Source: a virus | Lineage: Duplodnaviria > Caudoviricetes | Length of the DNA: 38,755 nt | Reading direction: 5' to 3' (one strand) | IMG/VR virus record: IMGVR_UViG_3300032232_000294 | Span: 1 to 38,755 of that record | In this document: piece after piece, positions 15,687-24,748 of the stretch | Numbering within the stretch: the first letter of the stretch is position 1 | How the letters are laid out: each line of letters begins with the position of its first letter | Notes under the pieces: model-generated | The model's database searches: none | What the model saw: only the letters and a program-made list of their open reading frames with translations | What the model was told of the DNA's origin: nothing | Program-made: the position numbers and the translations under genes

Positions 15687-15751
15687 CGATGTTTTTATTG
15701 TTCGCCTTCGTCATAGGCGCAGCATACATATGCGGAAAGGATTACCCATGA
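15683..15751 (+). CDS. Possible 22-aa hydrophobic peptide
   Basis: MTMFLLFAFVIGAAYICGKDYP; ATGA overlaps at both ends. Confidence 0.45.
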   Translation: MTMFLLFAFVIGAAYICGKDYP

Positions 15752-15933
15752 CTGACAAAATAAATTACCGCATGGACCCTAAAACCGGGCGACCCTTGCA
15801 CCTTTTTGGTGATCGCGCTGTTGTCCTGAATGATGACGGCTCGACAGTGACCGAGCACTACGACGAAAACGGCAGACTTTACAGAACCAGTTACAAGTCA
15901 GTCCCCTACCCTAAAGATTGGAAACCAGAATGA
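15748..15933 (+). CDS. Hypothetical protein
   Basis: AAGGA RBS before ATG 15748. Confidence 0.65.
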   Translation: MTDKINYRMDPKTGRPLHLFGDRAVVLNDDGSTVTEHYDENGRLYRTSYKSVPYPKDWKPE

Positions 15934-16250
15934 CTGAAAGACTTTCACTAGGAGGGCGGCTGCGTATGGCGGCTGCTTGCCCTGATGCCAACGCCCCTCT
16001 TTTGGCGGAAGCGGCTGACGCCATCGAACAGCACGAAGCCTTCAAGCAGAAGGTAAGTTATGCGATAGAGGACGCGACGGATAGAGATTTGCCTGTAGCC
16101 GTCCTCCGCCGCTTCATCATCGGCGCAGACAAGCCTGACGCGTTGGTGGATGTATGGGGCGACTTGTTCGTGAAATCCTACAACTTAGACCAATTCTGTG
16201 ACGCACTAGAAGCCCGTGGACTAGAGATAAGGAGTAAGACCGATGACTGA
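15930..16250 (+). CDS. Hypothetical protein
   Basis: ATGA overlap; LR...LLAEAADAIE motif common in phage accessory proteins. Confidence 0.65.
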   Translation: MTERLSLGGRLRMAAACPDANAPLLAEAADAIEQHEAFKQKVSYAIEDATDRDLPVAVLRRFIIGADKPDALVDVWGDLFVKSYNLDQFCDALEARGLEIRSKTDD

Positions 16251-16422
16251 AGAAGAAATAGACGCATTTGAGAACTACGACCAACGCGCAGAGGCTACGC
16301 TGGCCTATCGCCTGATGGAGCATCTTGCCTTTAGGGGCTTGATAACTGACATCGAAGTGAGCAATCTGCGCTTTCCACCTTGCGAACTAATCTTAGACGC
16401 CGAAGAAGCATGGGACGAATAA
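16243..16422 (+). CDS. 59-aa strongly acidic protein
   Basis: AAGGAG RBS; MTEEEIDAFENYDQ...LDAEEAWDE. Confidence 0.65.
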   Translation: MTEEEIDAFENYDQRAEATLAYRLMEHLAFRGLITDIEVSNLRFPPCELILDAEEAWDE

Positions 16423-16446
16423 AACGTGTCGATTTTCTAACCAGAA

Positions 16447-16533
16447 TATCCCGCAAACAGGCGCACGGCTTTGGTTTGCGGGATAGGCGCTTACAATAAA
16501 AAACCCCCGGCGGAGTGAGGACGCCGGGGGTTT
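16447..16533. terminator. Two hairpins between convergent operons; the second is a likely intrinsic terminator
   Basis: TATCCCGCAAAC/GTTTGCGGGATA (16447..16485) and AAACCCCCGGCG/CGCCGGGGGTTT (16501..16533) with A/T tracts. Confidence 0.75.
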
Positions 16534-16591
16534 AATCAGGTTAGCGGAGCATTGCCAACCCTAACAGTATATCATCGCACTATATCAAATG

Positions 16592-18940
16592 TCAATTCTT
16601 ACCGATGTTTGGAATAATGCTGTTCTTAGGCAACTCTTCCGCCATGCGGCGCAACTCTGATTTGCTGTGCTTCTTAACCAGATCAGGCGCGACAAAAATA
16701 TGCTTTTTGGTAGGCAATTCGGTCGAACCGATTCGGCCCATGTCAATCCAGCCCGCTTCCTTCAGAGCATGAAGCAATGCAGCTTGGGGGACTTTGACGC
16801 CAGACGGCACGTTGATCGCCAGCGCGTCACAGATACGATGGAACGGCCCACCGATGACACCATCAGAAAAGACGCCCGACTTAGCCCGCATCAGGTCTAC
16901 CAGATAGCTTTCGGCTACGCTCATGCCATGCTCGACCATGTTTAGCTTCCATTCGGTCACTGGCGGCGCAGCAGCAGGGTTAAACGCTGTAACGTCACGT
17001 TGATGCAGCCAAGCGGCGCACTTCTCATACCCGCCCGCCTTATACCAATCCCATAGCGCCTTAGCTGCGGGCGCTGTCATGCGCGGTGCTCGTGTCCAGA
17101 CGCAGAACCAGCGGCGATCCTGTGTTGGCAGTGTGATAGGCAACGGGTCATTCGTGTAGGCGACCACCATCAGGCGGTTGACCAACTCATAGGGGTGCAT
17201 TCCTTTACGATTGACGGACAGCGTCTCAGGCGGCGCAGCAATCAGCGGCTTCAGCTTGTTAGCCATAGCGCGGCGCTCTCTTGCCTCTGGTTCTTTTAAC
17301 TCGTTCAGGATGACCACCTCAGCCTCAAGCGCATAACCCCATTGGCTATCCAACCCGCCAGCCTCGATGACTGACCTGTTGCGCCAATGCTTACCACCCA
17401 GCGCCCAAAGGAACGGCTGAAACATACTATCCTTGCCCGCGCCTTCATCGCCGCCGATAAGGATTGCATGGTTAATCTTAACGTTGGGGTGCTGTATCTT
17501 GAACGCCATAGCGTCAAGGATATGATCCAACTCGACATCATCAGCTACCAGATTGCGGCAATGCGCTAACCAAGGCTCAACGTCATGATCCGCGATTGTG
17601 TCGCTAAGGGCTACATCAGGGCGGGCGTTTGTCCATCTGTTGCCGTAGACCAACCCGTCGCGGGTCACCAGAACGTCATCGCCAGCGGCAAACGTCACTG
17701 CTGCCAGTGCAGGCGCACCGCGCTCTTGGCGGCGCTCGTCAAAATAGATGGACGATTGTACGCGCTGCGTCTTTTTGTGGATGGAGCGGCAGTCAATATG
17801 ACGGAACAAAGCGTTAAAGACGTTGCGAGCTATCTCTTGACGTGTCACCATGTCGAAATAGCAGTCATCAGATTGGATGTAAGCAAAACGCTCGAACCAC
17901 TCGCTTTGTTCCAGCCGTCCTGCTTCTTTCTTTTCGACCTCACGCACACGCGCCGCGGCTTCATCAGGGAATGCTTCCGTCGGCGCTATCTTGTCATACA
18001 TGGACGCCATGCGTTCAGCGATTAGTTCGTCACGCAAGCCTGGCGTCACCTTCGGGCCACCTTGGTCGGCTACCCAATCAAGAAAGGTGCGGCTGTCTAA
18101 ATCTTGGCAGTGGCCATGATAGCAGCAGAACGAACGATCCAGCGGCTTGTAACGCGCCTCAATCATGCCATCGCTGTGGTGTTCATGGTTAGGGCAGACG
18201 ATAGCGCACCAGCCGTCAGCATTGGGCGCGCTCAGAACTAGGTTGTTTTCGCTTAACCATGTCAGGACATTGTCCAACCCACTGTCGCGCAAATGCACAG
18301 CCTTAAACTCTGCGGTGTCGCCTTCGGCTGGCGTGACTTCCAGCGCACTACAAATCTGCTCTAAAGTGTATTCGCGCTCTGGGTGAAACTCGACCAGCCG
18401 CGCAGGAAAGCTGCCGCGTCCGCGCTTCATGTTGACGCTGCCGGGGATACGACAGTTGCGGACGGCGTTAGTCGCGCCCGGATCAGTGTAGCCAGCGTCT
18501 GCAATAGCTTTGACAGCCGCGCAGAAGTCGCCCTTGTTTGGCTGTTCGTTGAACGCATAGCCCCACTGGAACGAACCTTCGCTGGTTTCCAGTATCCATG
18601 TCGGCGCAAGCGGCGGCGTCTTTGACTTTGTGCCTATGTCGTCCAGCATCATGAACAGGACAAACTCGACGTTGCTCGACTTGGCAGCGGGCTTGCCGTC
18701 TACAAAGCGGTCAACAACGAACGATCCTGTGTTGATATACCAAGCCTCGCCTTCTTTAATGCGGGCCTTTTCAGGTAGGAATGCAGGGAAGGTGGCCTTG
18801 GGCGCTCCGTCTGCGTGAAAGATAAAGTTGCCTTCGCTGTCATGCGTGGGCTTCTGACGAACCAATAAAGCCGTTTCGCCTACTGTATCAGTAGCCAATC
18901 CGGTTATATAGTCGATAAACTTCTGGCGATCCTCACTCAT
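16592..18940 (-). CDS. Primase-helicase (RepB-like primase + Zn-binding region + DUF5906/SF3-like helicase)
   Basis: MLDD, ETSEGSFQWGY, R.PGS; CPN..H..CYHGHC; Walker A GDEGAGKD; LNE Walker B; DRRW; AGGAG RBS before ATG 18940. Confidence 0.88.
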   Translation of the reverse strand: MSEDRQKFIDYITGLATDTVGETALLVRQKPTHDSEGNFIFHADGAPKATFPAFLPEKARIKEGEAWYINTGSFVVDRFVDGKPAAKSSNVEFVLFMMLDDIGTKSKTPPLAPTWILETSEGSFQWGYAFNEQPNKGDFCAAVKAIADAGYTDPGATNAVRNCRIPGSVNMKRGRGSFPARLVEFHPEREYTLEQICSALEVTPAEGDTAEFKAVHLRDSGLDNVLTWLSENNLVLSAPNADGWCAIVCPNHEHHSDGMIEARYKPLDRSFCCYHGHCQDLDSRTFLDWVADQGGPKVTPGLRDELIAERMASMYDKIAPTEAFPDEAAARVREVEKKEAGRLEQSEWFERFAYIQSDDCYFDMVTRQEIARNVFNALFRHIDCRSIHKKTQRVQSSIYFDERRQERGAPALAAVTFAAGDDVLVTRDGLVYGNRWTNARPDVALSDTIADHDVEPWLAHCRNLVADDVELDHILDAMAFKIQHPNVKINHAILIGGDEGAGKDSMFQPFLWALGGKHWRNRSVIEAGGLDSQWGYALEAEVVILNELKEPEARERRAMANKLKPLIAAPPETLSVNRKGMHPYELVNRLMVVAYTNDPLPITLPTQDRRWFCVWTRAPRMTAPAAKALWDWYKAGGYEKCAAWLHQRDVTAFNPAAAPPVTEWKLNMVEHGMSVAESYLVDLMRAKSGVFSDGVIGGPFHRICDALAINVPSGVKVPQAALLHALKEAGWIDMGRIGSTELPTKKHIFVAPDLVKKHSKSELRRMAEELPKNSIIPNIGKN

Positions 18941-18950
18941 CGCTTGCTCC

Positions 18951-20906
18951 TTATTTTCCATAACGATCCATGATAGCCACTTCAGCGTTCAGGGGAAGCC
19001 CTGTTGCCCAAGGTGGCGGCGTACACATTGTCTGCACCAGCCGCGCCGCTGCGGCCTCTGCATCTTCTTCTGGCACTTCCAAAACGATTTCATCATGGCA
19101 GTGCAAAACTACATCGTCGAGTTGACGTAAGGCGTAGCGCAGCAAGTCGTTGGCGACAGCCTGTGTGATGTTCTCACACGCCAGACCGCGCCATAGCCGC
19201 GCCCTTGGCCACTCCTTAGCGTCGGCTGCGGGCTTCCAAGAAGCCTTCGCGTAGGTCAGGTTGCCTTCCTCGTCGAAACGGGCGAAAGGATAACATAACA
19301 CACGGCCAGACGGAAGGGCATACCAAAGATGCAATCCGTCGAATAAATATGTAACGCGCCCCACTGTAAACTCACGGTTCTTGTTCCGCATGGCACGCAT
19401 ATAAGTTTCTTCAAGGCCAGACCAGTACGGCACGGCCCACTTGTTAGCCCTGCGCCATGCGTCCACCATGCGCTTGGCATCGCTCTCTGACATCAGCAGG
19501 CCGTAGATACGGCCCATGCTGGCAAACGCACCAACGCCGCCGGCAAAGCCGCACGCCAACTCTTGCACCTTGCCAACTTGGCGCATGTGTGTGGTGACAT
19601 CGCCGTAGCCCACAGAAAAGGTCGCCATAGCGTTGTGCTTGTACACGTCCTCACCCTTGGCAAAGATGTCCAGCTTGCGTTCACCAAAGATACTGTCGGA
19701 TGCCCACGGCGTGACCCGCGCTTCGATTGCGGCCCAATCGGCAACAACAAGGCGCTTGCCTTTGCCCGCCATCAACGACGGGCGCAACATACCTTTTAGA
19801 ACGTCAGTTACGCGGCGGCCATGTTCGGGGACGATTCTGTGCCCGCGCACCATAGCCTGCCGTACTAATGCCGGGTTTCCTGCACACTTTCTTGGGAAGT
19901 TGTGTACCTGAAGCCCATATGATGAAGCACGGCCAGTAGCACTCCCTCCTGCAAACACAAACGCTCCTCTAACCTTATGATCCTCCTCGTCAGCAAGCGC
20001 CGCGGCGCGCTGGAATTTAGCGACGGACGATGCCCAGAGATCGTCCGCGCACTGGATAACTTCCGCAACTTCCGATGGTACTTCATCTGGATTATCCCCT
20101 GCCAGCGCAAGCAAGTTAGCCCGCACGTTCTTGTCGATAGATAGCTTAGGTTCGCCGTCTTTGTAAATGGTCGCCAGTTCAAGCGCCTGCGGCCCTACCC
20201 TGTCCAGCACCCACTTCTTCATCTTGGGGCTGCGGACGGACTTTATCTCGCCGTTGGTTATCTCTGCGACAATGTCTTGTATCTCAGCCAATTCAGCTTC
20301 AGCGTAGCGGACAGCCGCCTGCGCTAAGGGCCTGTCGAGCAACACGCCGCGGTCATTGATCCGCTCGTTGACATGATAGTCAGCCAACTCTTCGTCGGAC
20401 AGCGGACGCTGCGCCTGCGCTATGGCACGCATGGCCCGCACGTCTTGTTCGCAATAGTCAACCATCTCTTGCATCAGCTTGGCGTCTTCGCGGAATGTGC
20501 CGTCTGATTGCGGGATGGATAGCAAGCGGATCAGTTGTCCGCCGCGGTGGTCTTTCTTCATGGTCGCGCCAGCAAAGCGGCCCACATCCTCAAGGCTGCC
20601 GGGCGCACAGTTGGCGCGGGCTTGTGTTGCAGTGCAATAAAACTGCTCCAGCTTAAACTCGACCTGAAGGACATACCAGAATATCAGGCGCTCGAACGCT
20701 GCGTTGTGCGCGTAGACTAGCCCCTTGTGATCCTTGACGGCTTGCGGGAAAGGCTCACTGGGGAGCCACGTCCGCACGTCTTCGTCATCAAATGCGTATG
20801 ACATACACAGCACGTCGGTGCTGGCGTCCTGCGCGTAGTTGTAGACGCCGCGGCTGCGTAAATCGCACCGGCTGCGCGTCTCAAAGTCAACCCATAATTT
20901 AGACAT
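18951..20906 (-). CDS. polA: DNA polymerase family A with 3'-5' exonuclease
   Basis: DFET, AHNAAFE, YCEQD; TGR; motif A DWAAIEAR, motif B RQVGKVQELACGF, motif C HDE. Confidence 0.93.
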   Translation of the reverse strand: MSKLWVDFETRSRCDLRSRGVYNYAQDASTDVLCMSYAFDDEDVRTWLPSEPFPQAVKDHKGLVYAHNAAFERLIFWYVLQVEFKLEQFYCTATQARANCAPGSLEDVGRFAGATMKKDHRGGQLIRLLSIPQSDGTFREDAKLMQEMVDYCEQDVRAMRAIAQAQRPLSDEELADYHVNERINDRGVLLDRPLAQAAVRYAEAELAEIQDIVAEITNGEIKSVRSPKMKKWVLDRVGPQALELATIYKDGEPKLSIDKNVRANLLALAGDNPDEVPSEVAEVIQCADDLWASSVAKFQRAAALADEEDHKVRGAFVFAGGSATGRASSYGLQVHNFPRKCAGNPALVRQAMVRGHRIVPEHGRRVTDVLKGMLRPSLMAGKGKRLVVADWAAIEARVTPWASDSIFGERKLDIFAKGEDVYKHNAMATFSVGYGDVTTHMRQVGKVQELACGFAGGVGAFASMGRIYGLLMSESDAKRMVDAWRRANKWAVPYWSGLEETYMRAMRNKNREFTVGRVTYLFDGLHLWYALPSGRVLCYPFARFDEEGNLTYAKASWKPAADAKEWPRARLWRGLACENITQAVANDLLRYALRQLDDVVLHCHDEIVLEVPEEDAEAAAARLVQTMCTPPPWATGLPLNAEVAIMDRYGK

Positions 20907-20968
20907 AGAAGTTCTCACTCTTCTGCTACTCGCCGGAGCGCCCCAACGCGCCCCGGCTTTCGCGCCCC

Positions 20969-21631
20969 TTAAGCTACGCGACGACGACGACGCGCACCTT
21001 CAGCGGCTTCAGGTTCCGCAGCGACTTCCAACTCTGCTTCCTCTGTCTCTTCAACCGTATTTGCATCCATAGACACCCAATCGGCAATCTCAAAAATAGG
21101 CGTAAGCACCTTGCCATACTTCTTGTGCATATAATGCTCGACCTTCAGTTCGATTAGCGGCACAGGCTTGGTCTGGTCTTTCTCGACCTGATCCGCAACG
21201 GCAACTGCCAAGGCTTGCACTGCACGCTTGCCGCCAACTGATGTAGCGGTAAAGCGTGCCTGCATTCCCTTGTCTTCGCCGTTGGTGCAAACAAGCATCA
21301 TGCCAACTTGCATTTCCCAGCCGCGTTCTGCACCTGATGGTGCTGGCTCCAACTCTGGCAGCGGCTCTGACACCGGCACCAGCTTCTCAGCCAACACTTC
21401 GCCAGTGCCCCAAGCAATGTAGCCGTGGACGAACGAAAACGGGTTAGCGGCCCAGAGGCTGCCTTCTTCGATTTCGGTCTGGTCTGCACCGAAAACCCAA
21501 TGGCCTGTCTTGTCCATCTTCAGGATGACTGTGCCTGTTGGCCCAACTTCCGTTTGGATGGAGCGCAGCGCGCCAGAGAGTGACTGAACGGACGGCAAGT
21601 TAGCGCCGCCAAATGTAGTGATATTCGTCAT
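20969..21631 (-). CDS. Putative ssDNA-binding / annealing protein
   Basis: Lies between DUF2800 and polA; aromatic-rich core with acidic C-terminus; start ATG 21631. Confidence 0.6.
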   Translation of the reverse strand: MTNITTFGGANLPSVQSLSGALRSIQTEVGPTGTVILKMDKTGHWVFGADQTEIEEGSLWAANPFSFVHGYIAWGTGEVLAEKLVPVSEPLPELEPAPSGAERGWEMQVGMMLVCTNGEDKGMQARFTATSVGGKRAVQALAVAVADQVEKDQTKPVPLIELKVEHYMHKKYGKVLTPIFEIADWVSMDANTVEETEEAELEVAAEPEAAEGARRRRRVA

Positions 21632-21650
21632 TATATTGTACCTTTTCACG

Positions 21651-22772
21651 TTACTGGATTTTGGCCATAGCTTTGGTAAGCATCTGACCGATTTGTAAAA
21701 CCTCTGGCCGAGAATCACTTTCCGGCGCAAGGGTTGAACCACTGGAGACAGCGACAATTAAGTCAGCCGGCAATTCTATCTTGGCTTTCTTCAAAGCCTT
21801 TTCTGCTTGGGCAGGCGACAACGGCTTGGGATCAGCCCATGCCTCAACGCCCGCTTGGGTCATGAAGGCTACAGCTTTATCCTCGTTTGTCCACTGTCTT
21901 GTTGCACGTTTGTTGACCAGCTTCCAGCCGGGGACTTTTGTCCCGCTTTCTAGAAGGCCATGCGCCAACTGCTGCAAATCGCGGATGAACGCTTCGACCA
22001 GCGGCGCCTGTTCCAGATAGTGTGCTATCTGATCCATTGGCAGCGCGTCAATCTTGACTTTCAGTGCGCGGTCTACAGCGCCCGTCATGACAGGGCAGAC
22101 AGGCTTGGCCGCGCACCACTTGCAATGGTCGCCTGACGCCAACGGCGCGTCTGGGCGCATGGCAATCTTGACGGCAGCGGCAAGTTCTTTCTCGAACGCG
22201 TCAACGCGGTCCAGTGTTGTCAGCCAACGCTTAACATAGGGCGGCTGTACAATGATTAGTTCTACTTCTTTGGCTCCGTCGAAAGCCCACGCCGTTTCCG
22301 CCGTTCGCCTAGCTGCCGCAGCGTAGAAGAGCAACTGCGCGTTTTCTTCCGCTTCCACAGCCACGCCATCGCCAAACTTCCAATCCAAAACAATCGCTCG
22401 ATTACCAATGCGGCCAAGAAGATCGGTAGAACCAAAAACGTCAGGCAGAAAATCACCAAAACCAACCCGGCTCTCAACAGCATATTCCATCTCCAAATTA
22501 GGGTCAACCTGAAGCAGCCCTTCCAGCGCGACGTGTAGCTTGGTGTCGATCAAGTCTTGGGTCAGCACCGCATCGTTGTGCTTGCGACCCAAATATGATT
22601 CAGGTGACCCATCCTTGTCCAGAATGTCCGCGATGGTGTCATGCAAGAGCGTGCCTTCGTCGGCGTAGCTGCTGCTGGGCTGGGGTGGCATCTTGTCCAC
22701 CAGCGCAACGCTGCCGGGGCAGTTGATGACGCGCTTGGCGGTCGAACCGCCGACTATCTTACTATGTTGCAT
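21651..22772 (-). CDS. DUF2800 family Cas4-like PD-(D/E)xK exonuclease
   Basis: S...R.INCPGS, EGT.LH, FGSTD, DWKFG, QL.FY, C.WC....C; GAGG RBS before ATG 22772. Confidence 0.88.
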   Translation of the reverse strand: MQHSKIVGGSTAKRVINCPGSVALVDKMPPQPSSSYADEGTLLHDTIADILDKDGSPESYLGRKHNDAVLTQDLIDTKLHVALEGLLQVDPNLEMEYAVESRVGFGDFLPDVFGSTDLLGRIGNRAIVLDWKFGDGVAVEAEENAQLLFYAAAARRTAETAWAFDGAKEVELIIVQPPYVKRWLTTLDRVDAFEKELAAAVKIAMRPDAPLASGDHCKWCAAKPVCPVMTGAVDRALKVKIDALPMDQIAHYLEQAPLVEAFIRDLQQLAHGLLESGTKVPGWKLVNKRATRQWTNEDKAVAFMTQAGVEAWADPKPLSPAQAEKALKKAKIELPADLIVAVSSGSTLAPESDSRPEVLQIGQMLTKAMAKIQ

Positions 22773-22802
22773 ACTGTACCTCACTTTACTGTTTGGACCC
22801 CC

Positions 22803-22862
22803 ACCATACAGACAACAAAATTTGATGCAACCCTTGAAATGCAAAAAATTTTGTAGTAGCCT
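22803..22862. promoter_or_regulatory. Divergent promoters with two dyad operator-like sites
   Basis: + strand TTGAAA-N17-TAGCCT ending 6 nt before ATG 22869; - strand TTGCAT-N16-TATGGT; 9-bp inverted repeat 22815..22854. Confidence 0.6.
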
Positions 22863-22868
22863 TCTTGC

Positions 22869-23144
22869 ATGACTGAGAAAGAAATAGAGCGGTACTTCTG
22901 TAAACGTGTGCGGGCGCTTGGCGGCTTTGCTTACAAGTTCCGCAGCGTTACGCAGATAGGCGTTGCCGACCGCATAGCTTGTATGCCCAACGGCGAGGCT
23001 TGGTTCGTAGAGATCAAGCAGCCTAACGGGCGGCTGTCTGCGTTGCAGCGTATATTTTCAGACGAGATGGCACACACCAAGCAGCACTACGCGTGTCTGT
23101 GGTCGATAGAGGACATAGACGCATGGCTCAAACGCTTCAGCTAA
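22869..23144 (+). CDS. VRR-NUC domain nuclease
   Basis: EKEIE..GVADR..FVEIK..GRLS.LQ. Confidence 0.9.
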   Translation: MTEKEIERYFCKRVRALGGFAYKFRSVTQIGVADRIACMPNGEAWFVEIKQPNGRLSALQRIFSDEMAHTKQHYACLWSIEDIDAWLKRFS

Positions 23145-24436
23145 GACCGTACCAAAACGACGCCGCTGGGTTCTTGTACGAACGTGACCGCGCCATGATC
23201 CTTGCGCCTGTGGGCGCTGGCAAGACTGCCATTACCTTGTCGGCAATGCAATGGATGTTGGATGACGGCCATGTCAAACGCTGGCTGGTGGTAGCGCCCA
23301 AGCGTGTCTGCACGGATGTCTGGCCTGTGGAAGCGCCCAAGTGGTCTAGCCTGACGCCCGCGTTGGCTGTCGGTACGCCCGCGCAGCGCACAGCCGCAAT
23401 CGAAAGCGGCGCCAGTGTGGTGGTCATCAACTACGACAATCTGGACAAGCTAAAAGATTTATCAAGTTTTGATGGGGTGGTGTTTGACGAACTGACGCGG
23501 CTGAAGAACCCGTCAGGCAAACGCTATAAGGCAATGGAGAAAATTATGTCTACGATGAGGATAAGGTGGGGACTGACAGGATCGTTTACGTCGAACGGCC
23601 TTGAGGATGTCTTTGGCCAATGCAAGATAATTAACCAAGAGTTGTTGGGCCGTGCCAAGGGTGCGTTCTTGCAACAGTATTTCATCTGCACCAACCGCGA
23701 CTTCGGTCAGTGGGTTCCCGCAGCCGGCGCACTGGAGCAAGTCATGGCCCGCATCCGCCCTGCGACATTTGTGCTTGAGCCGGGCGAGTACAAGGACAAG
23801 CTGCCGCCGTGCCATGTCACTGAGGTGCGGGTCACGCTGGATGACCGCGCGCCATACGAAAAGATGAAGCGGGAGTATGTCGTGCGCTTTGGTGAAGACC
23901 AGATCGTAGCGCAGAACGCAGCGGCGGTAACGACCAAGCTGCAACAGATGGCGTCTGGCTTTGTCTACAACCGCGACGGCGGGTCTGGGTCGATATGGTT
24001 TAGCCGCCACAAGTTTGACAGGCTAGAAGAGTTGCTGGCGGAGAACCAGCGGGCGAACACCATCGTGGCGTACACGTATCAGGAAGAGTTGGCGGAACTA
24101 AAGCGCCGCTTCCCACACGCAAAGACGATGGATGATCCTAACATCATCGAACGCTGGAACGCAGGCGAGGTCGAGTTGCTGTTGGCCCACCCTAAGTCGG
24201 CAGGGCATGGCCTGAACCTACAGCATGGCGGATGCCATATGGTGTTCCTGTCGCTGCCGTGGTCGCTGGAGTTGTACGAGCAGACTGTCGGGCGCCTGCA
24301 CCGCAGCGGGCAGACAAAGGATGTCTGGGTCTACGTGATGCTGACCGAAAAAAGTATTGACGAACGCATATGGGCGGCGCTGCACGACAAGCGTACAGTG
24401 TCCGACCTAGCATTAGAGGAACTGAAAAATGAGTAA
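23123..24436 (+). CDS. SNF2-like SF2 helicase
   Basis: LRPYQ, GAGKT, DE.T, GLTG, GHGLNLQ, QTVGRLHRSGQ. Confidence 0.92.
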   Translation: MAQTLQLRPYQNDAAGFLYERDRAMILAPVGAGKTAITLSAMQWMLDDGHVKRWLVVAPKRVCTDVWPVEAPKWSSLTPALAVGTPAQRTAAIESGASVVVINYDNLDKLKDLSSFDGVVFDELTRLKNPSGKRYKAMEKIMSTMRIRWGLTGSFTSNGLEDVFGQCKIINQELLGRAKGAFLQQYFICTNRDFGQWVPAAGALEQVMARIRPATFVLEPGEYKDKLPPCHVTEVRVTLDDRAPYEKMKREYVVRFGEDQIVAQNAAAVTTKLQQMASGFVYNRDGGSGSIWFSRHKFDRLEELLAENQRANTIVAYTYQEELAELKRRFPHAKTMDDPNIIERWNAGEVELLLAHPKSAGHGLNLQHGGCHMVFLSLPWSLELYEQTVGRLHRSGQTKDVWVYVMLTEKSIDERIWAALHDKRTVSDLALEELKNE

Positions 24437-24620
24437 ACTAAACTGGCGGTCGATGATTGCCGTGCTGTCTGACCTTACGGAAGACGAACTGAAGCAGGCG
24501 CTGGACGCTGAACTGAAGACGCACAAGCGGCCAGCCATAGCCCGGCGGCTGCACCAGCGTTACTCTGCTATGCGGACGGCGCGGGAGCGCGTGGACATCA
24601 TGAAGGGGCTGAAGAAATGA
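24429..24620 (+). CDS. Small conserved hypothetical protein
   Basis: GAGG RBS; RLHQRY..R..RER motif. Confidence 0.7.
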   Translation: MSKLNWRSMIAVLSDLTEDELKQALDAELKTHKRPAIARRLHQRYSAMRTARERVDIMKGLKK

Positions 24621-24748
24621 CAGACCATGCGGCTGCCACCGTAGAGGCGCTGGAAAAGATAATCGCCATGCTGCGGGCAGGCCATGCACCTGAAGACTTA
24701 GGTGAGGCGGTTATTCTACTAGGCCGCCTCATGGCTAGGCGCACCTAG
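24617..24748 (+). CDS. 43-aa hypothetical protein
   Basis: ATGA overlap; MTDHAAATVEALEKIIAMLRAG...; overlaps the 3' end of the convergent gene. Confidence 0.45.
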   Translation: MTDHAAATVEALEKIIAMLRAGHAPEDLGEAVILLGRLMARRT

